18,911 bases of DNA from a virus (Duplodnaviria; Heunggongvirae; Uroviricota; Caudoviricetes). The position numbers and the translations under genes were made by a program. Position 1 is the first letter of the stretch. Every line of letters starts with the position of its first letter. The stretch is from positions 1 to 18,911 of the IMG/VR virus record IMGVR_UViG_2724679293_000031. The stretch is one strand, 5' to 3'. Below, in pieces: positions 15,684 through 18,911 of this stretch. The notes beneath the pieces are model-generated. The model searched no databases, had not been told where the DNA came from, and was given only the letters and a program-made list of their open reading frames with translations.

Positions 15684-16397
15684 ATGGCTGTTGTCTGTTC
15701 AGTTATCATGGTTTGCTCCCCAATTAATATTTTTCTTGAAAAGGATACGTTGTCACTTAAGCCAGGCTCAGTTGTTCTGGCCACCAAATGCATCAGGGAG
15801 CTTTTCCTTATGCATTATGGCAAAGTTAAAATTGTCGATATAAGCGAATCCGTCGTAAGTCAATATCTGGAAAGTCAGCATAAGCTGACGAGGACTCGTC
15901 TGACTGACATTCCGCTTTACCTGTTGCTGGAACCCAACAATCCTGCGTTGGCTGCGGCTTTAATTACCAGCCAGGGATTTTCCGGAGAGGCCACGGATAT
16001 GTTTCTTATGATGGCCTGCCTGTCTCTGTTTGAAACAGATGAACGGATGTCATTGTTTTTAAGTGGATGTTTATCCAGCATAAGTGCCAAAGTCAGGGCG
16101 ATAATTCAGACAGATATATCAGCAAGCTGGACGCTTGGTGCGATTGCTCTACAGTTGCATATGAGTGAGAGTTTGTTAAAGACAAAACTGAAAAATGAAG
16201 GGGGCATGTTCAGTCGCTTGTTGCTGGAAGAGCGGATGCGTGTTGCTGTAAATATGTTATGTTCCCGGCATGGATATGGACAGGCTATAGCAGAAAAATG
16301 CGGTTATTCAAGCAGGTCCTACTTTATTTCTGTATTTCACCGCTATTATGGCTTCCCGCCAGACAGATATGTATCCAGGCAAGGGCTTGATTATTGA
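15684..16397 (+). CDS. AraC-family transcriptional regulator, AppY-like (no ligand-binding cupin evident)
   Basis: C-terminal AraC-type HTH (…WTLGAIALQLHMSESLLKTKLKNEGGMFSRLLLEERMRVAVNMLCS…GYSSRSYFISVFHRYYGFPP). N-terminus MAVVCSVIMVC resembles recalled AppY (MDYVCSVVFIC). Confidence 0.7.
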   Translation: MAVVCSVIMVCSPINIFLEKDTLSLKPGSVVLATKCIRELFLMHYGKVKIVDISESVVSQYLESQHKLTRTRLTDIPLYLLLEPNNPALAAALITSQGFSGEATDMFLMMACLSLFETDERMSLFLSGCLSSISAKVRAIIQTDISASWTLGAIALQLHMSESLLKTKLKNEGGMFSRLLLEERMRVAVNMLCSRHGYGQAIAEKCGYSSRSYFISVFHRYYGFPPDRYVSRQGLDY

Positions 16398-16425
16398 TTT
16401 TCATCTGATTATTATTTTTTGGCTC

Positions 16426-16501
16426 GGCCCTTTAGCTCAGTGGTGAGAGCGAGCGACTCATAATCGCCAGGTCGCTGGTTCAAATCCAGCAAGGGCCACC
16501 A
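16426..16501 (+). tRNA. tRNA with CAU anticodon, most likely tRNA-Ile2 (lysidine-type, ileX/ileZ-like); tRNA-Met not excluded
   Basis: 76 nt folds as a cloverleaf: acceptor GGCCCTT/AAGGGCC, anticodon loop CTCATAA, T-loop TTCAAAT, 3' CCA. Nearly matches the recalled E. coli ileX sequence. Confidence 0.85.
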
Positions 16502-16602
16502 TCACAAACCGCCATTAGCTTATCAGGAAGAGCAGACGACACGATAACAGGGTTGTTGGTGCGGGGGGCGGGTCCCCGATGGCGATCCATTATCGGTATT
16601 CA

Positions 16603-16679
16603 GCGTTGTTAGCTCAGCCGGACAGAGCAATTGCCTTCTAAGCAATCGGTCACTGGTTCGAATCCAGTACAGCGCGCCA
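16603..16679 (+). tRNA. tRNA-Arg (UCU anticodon; reads AGA)
   Basis: 77 nt cloverleaf: acceptor GCGTTGT/ACAGCGC, anticodon stem ATTGC/GCAAT with loop CTTCTAA, T-loop TTCGAAT, 3' CCA. Confidence 0.85.
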
Positions 16680-16789
16680 TATTCATTCTTCCAGATTCCT
16701 TCCGGCAGAGCCTTATACTGAAATATACCTGGCTCAGGATATTGTTGAAAATATTATATGTTTGTCAAAAATAAAAGTTCTGTTAAGTA

Positions 16790-17143
16790 TTGATTGAATA
16801 TTTGTTATACGGTCTAATGGTTTTTTCAGCATTAAATATTTATCATTCATATGGTGTGGGTAGAGTGAATATTGATGAGGCGTCGGGGTGTTTCATCCTT
16901 AGGCAGCGTATTGATATAGTCAATGCAGCACGAGCAAAGGCCTTCAGCCGTTTGACAGTTTTGTTCTGTACTCCTGATCGTCTTTCGGGAAGAGACGTTA
17001 TTATTCTGAATAGTGATGCTATACAGAGGGTTTGCGATGAGTTCATGGTTGCTAATTCAGAATTATTTGCTCTTGTTCAGGAGTACAACAGAATAGCCAG
17101 GACCTGTGGTATGGATGAACTTCGGATTACTCATCTGGGGTAG
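16790..17143 (+). CDS. hypothetical protein (117 aa), uncertain start and coding status
   Basis: ORF begins at TTG with no clear SD; internal ATG 16817 or GTG 16856/16865 are alternative starts. No family recognised. Confidence 0.3.
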   Translation: MIEYLLYGLMVFSALNIYHSYGVGRVNIDEASGCFILRQRIDIVNAARAKAFSRLTVLFCTPDRLSGRDVIILNSDAIQRVCDEFMVANSELFALVQEYNRIARTCGMDELRITHLG

Positions 17144-17534
17144 ATACATATCTGGATTATCACCTGTTACGGTAAAAAGTGATTGCTTACTGTTTTTGTG
17201 AATGGCATTGCAGCAGCCGGATAATGTCAGTGCTGGCTGACGGTGTGCTGGTGGCGGGTGTGGTGGTTGTTGCTTTCCCGTTGCTGAAAAAGAAAACGCC
17301 AGACTGTTAGCCGGGTATCAGTTAGCGGGAGAAATTTTTAAATACTTCACAATTCAGGCGGTTGACTGTTGTCTGGTTTGCGGGGAGTTTGTTAAAAGAA
17401 ACTGGCATGGTGAATCCCCCTGTGCGGAGGGGCAATCAGCGAGTAGGTATATGGGATAATCGCGGATTCAGGTGCTGGTACTGAATTCACCGGGAGGCAC
17501 CCGGCACCATGCAATGGCACATAGCGCCACTCTC

Positions 17535-17570
17535 CAGCCCCTCTCCGGAGGGGCTGTTTATATTGATTTT
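17535..17570 (+). terminator. intrinsic terminator
   Basis: CAGCCCCTC-TCCG-GAGGGGCTG hairpin followed by TTTATATTGATTTT. Confidence 0.45.
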
Positions 17571-17590
17571 GTCAGATGTGAGTAAACTCC

Positions 17591-17926
17591 TTATGGATTT
17601 TGTTGTTTTAGCCCATAAGGACATATTTGCAGAGTGCAACGGTTATTAAAGCATTCATTCAATACGTTATCTGTATTTGTAGGGCATTCCTGGCTGTTTT
17701 TGATTAAATTCCAGAATGTTTTATTGAATGGTACTATGTTGTAAATGGTTACAGGTAGCACTTTGTTATTGAGCATGATACCTGTGTGAGTCAGTGTAAA
17801 TATACTTTCAGGAGGTAAGAAAGCATCCGATTGATACCAGATTATTAATTTTATTTTACTCCATATGACTGAAAAAGATATTCCGCATGATGGCTGGATA
17901 ACTGTATCAATCACAATCCACTTCAT
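17591..17926 (-). CDS. hypothetical protein (111 aa) in AT-rich island
   Basis: AAGGAAAG SD 5 nt upstream of the ATG; local GC roughly one third by eye (not computed), contrasting with the flanking phage genes; five Cys residues; no family recognised. Confidence 0.45.
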   Translation of the reverse strand: MKWIVIDTVIQPSCGISFSVIWSKIKLIIWYQSDAFLPPESIFTLTHTGIMLNNKVLPVTIYNIVPFNKTFWNLIKNSQECPTNTDNVLNECFNNRCTLQICPYGLKQQNP

Positions 17927-18185
17927 TTACTTTCCTTGTTTATGCCTTGCTGGTGATGTTCTGAAAAGTATAAATGATATTTTTGAATTAAACCATAGAG
18001 CAGAATTATTTTTCTGATGTTGTTTATTGTTTATTTAAATACAGGGTGGTTTATATCTCGTCTTGTAGTTTATCCATGCATATCTGCTTGATAATCAGGT
18101 TTTTATTTAAGGTATGGTTTTGTGTTTTTTCTGTATTACATGTCAGGTATTTTAAAGAATTATTTTTCAGATGGTGGAAAGAACC

Positions 18186-18911
18186 ATGGCATTTAAACAC
18201 TATGATGTTGTCAGGGCGGCGTCGCCATCAGATCTTGCGGAAAAGCTGACACATAAACTGAAAGAGGGCTGGCAGCCGTTTGGTAGTCCGGTGGCCATAA
18301 CCCCTTATACTCTGATGCAGGCGATTACAGCAGAAGGTGATGTGGTGGTCAGTGGTGCAACTGAGCCGGATTGGTACTACGTCATCGTACTGGCCGGGCA
18401 GTCCAATGCCATGGCTTACGGTGAAGGGCTTCCGCTGCCGGATTCATACGATGCTCCGGATCCGCGCATTAAACAGCTGGCGCGCCGCAGTACAGTGACG
18501 CCGGGTGGGGCTGCCTGCAGATATAACGATATTATTCCGGCCGACCACTGCCTGCATGATGTGCAGGATATGAGTACGCTGAATCATCCGAAGGCAGACC
18601 TGAGCAAAGGGCAGTACGGCTGTGTCGGCCAGGGCTTACATATTGCCAAAAAACTGCTTCCGTATATCCCGAATAACGCGGGGATCCTGCTGGCACCATG
18701 CTGTCGTGGTGGTTCGGCATTCACCCAGGGCGCGGAGGGGACATTCAGTGCGGACACGGGGGCCAGCCAGGATTCGGCACGCTGGGGTGTGGGTAAACCG
18801 TTATATCAGGACCTGATTGCGCGCACTAAAGCTGCATTACAGAAGAACCCGAAAAATGTGTTGCTGGCGGTGTGCTGGATGCAGGGAGAGTTTGACATGA
18901 GCGCCGCCACC
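18186..18911 (+). CDS. prophage sialate O-acetylesterase NanS-p-like (DUF1737 N-terminal domain plus SASA-type esterase), 3'-partial
   Basis: Frame open from ATG 18186 to the window end (242 codons). N-terminus MAFKHYDVVRAASPSDLAEKLTHKLKEGWQPFG resembles DUF1737; GQSN esterase motif (VLAGQSNAMAYGEG). Missing from the ORF track because no stop falls inside the window. Confidence 0.7.
   Translation, partial: MAFKHYDVVRAASPSDLAEKLTHKLKEGWQPFGSPVAITPYTLMQAITAEGDVVVSGATEPDWYYVIVLAGQSNAMAYGEGLPLPDSYDAPDPRIKQLARRSTVTPGGAACRYNDIIPADHCLHDVQDMSTLNHPKADLSKGQYGCVGQGLHIAKKLLPYIPNNAGILLAPCCRGGSAFTQGAEGTFSADTGASQDSARWGVGKPLYQDLIARTKAALQKNPKNVLLAVCWMQGEFDMSAAT

Noticed and set aside
16502-16602. Possible third tRNA between the two tRNAs
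   Set aside because: No acceptor stem or T-loop (GGTTCGAATCC-like) consistent with a cloverleaf could be found by eye.
16680-18185. Shiga toxin genes (stxA/stxB) downstream of the phage tRNAs
   Set aside because: No ORF of the expected size (about 320 aa and 90 aa) is present; the ORFs found do not resemble Stx subunits.
18046-18249. Track ORF 18046-18249 (+)
   Set aside because: AT-rich, not protein-like, and it overlaps the well-supported nanS-p start in another frame.

Overview
This window reads as the early and regulatory half of a lambdoid prophage of an E. coli-like enterobacterium; all calls are from reading the sequence and recalled family signatures, with no searches run. On the minus strand a leftward early operon runs from a cI-like repressor (7037-7729) through accessory genes (121-aa protein, DUF2303-like, HD hydrolase, Ea22-like, PD-(D/E)XK-like, DUF551, DEDDh exonuclease) to a PrtN-family gene (1250-1531). 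On the plus strand the rightward arm runs cro, a cII-position gene, Rha, an O-like replication initiator carrying iteron-like repeats, a nin-like block (PerC-like, Dam, LexA-DBD-like, RusA, KilA-N, DUF968) and a Q antiterminator. Downstream of Q lies an AT-rich cargo cluster (lipoprotein, FaeA/PapI-like, AppY-like AraC regulator), two phage tRNAs (CAU and UCU anticodons), two unknown ORFs at the position stx occupies in Stx phages, and the 5' part of a nanS-p-like esterase. The left end carries a Panacea-domain (DUF4065) antitoxin-like gene overlapping an unknown partner. The best candidates for an undescribed system are that Panacea pair and the unknown cargo between the tRNAs and nanS-p. Two N-runs (5912-5917, 11519-11523) are assembly gaps that interrupt genes.
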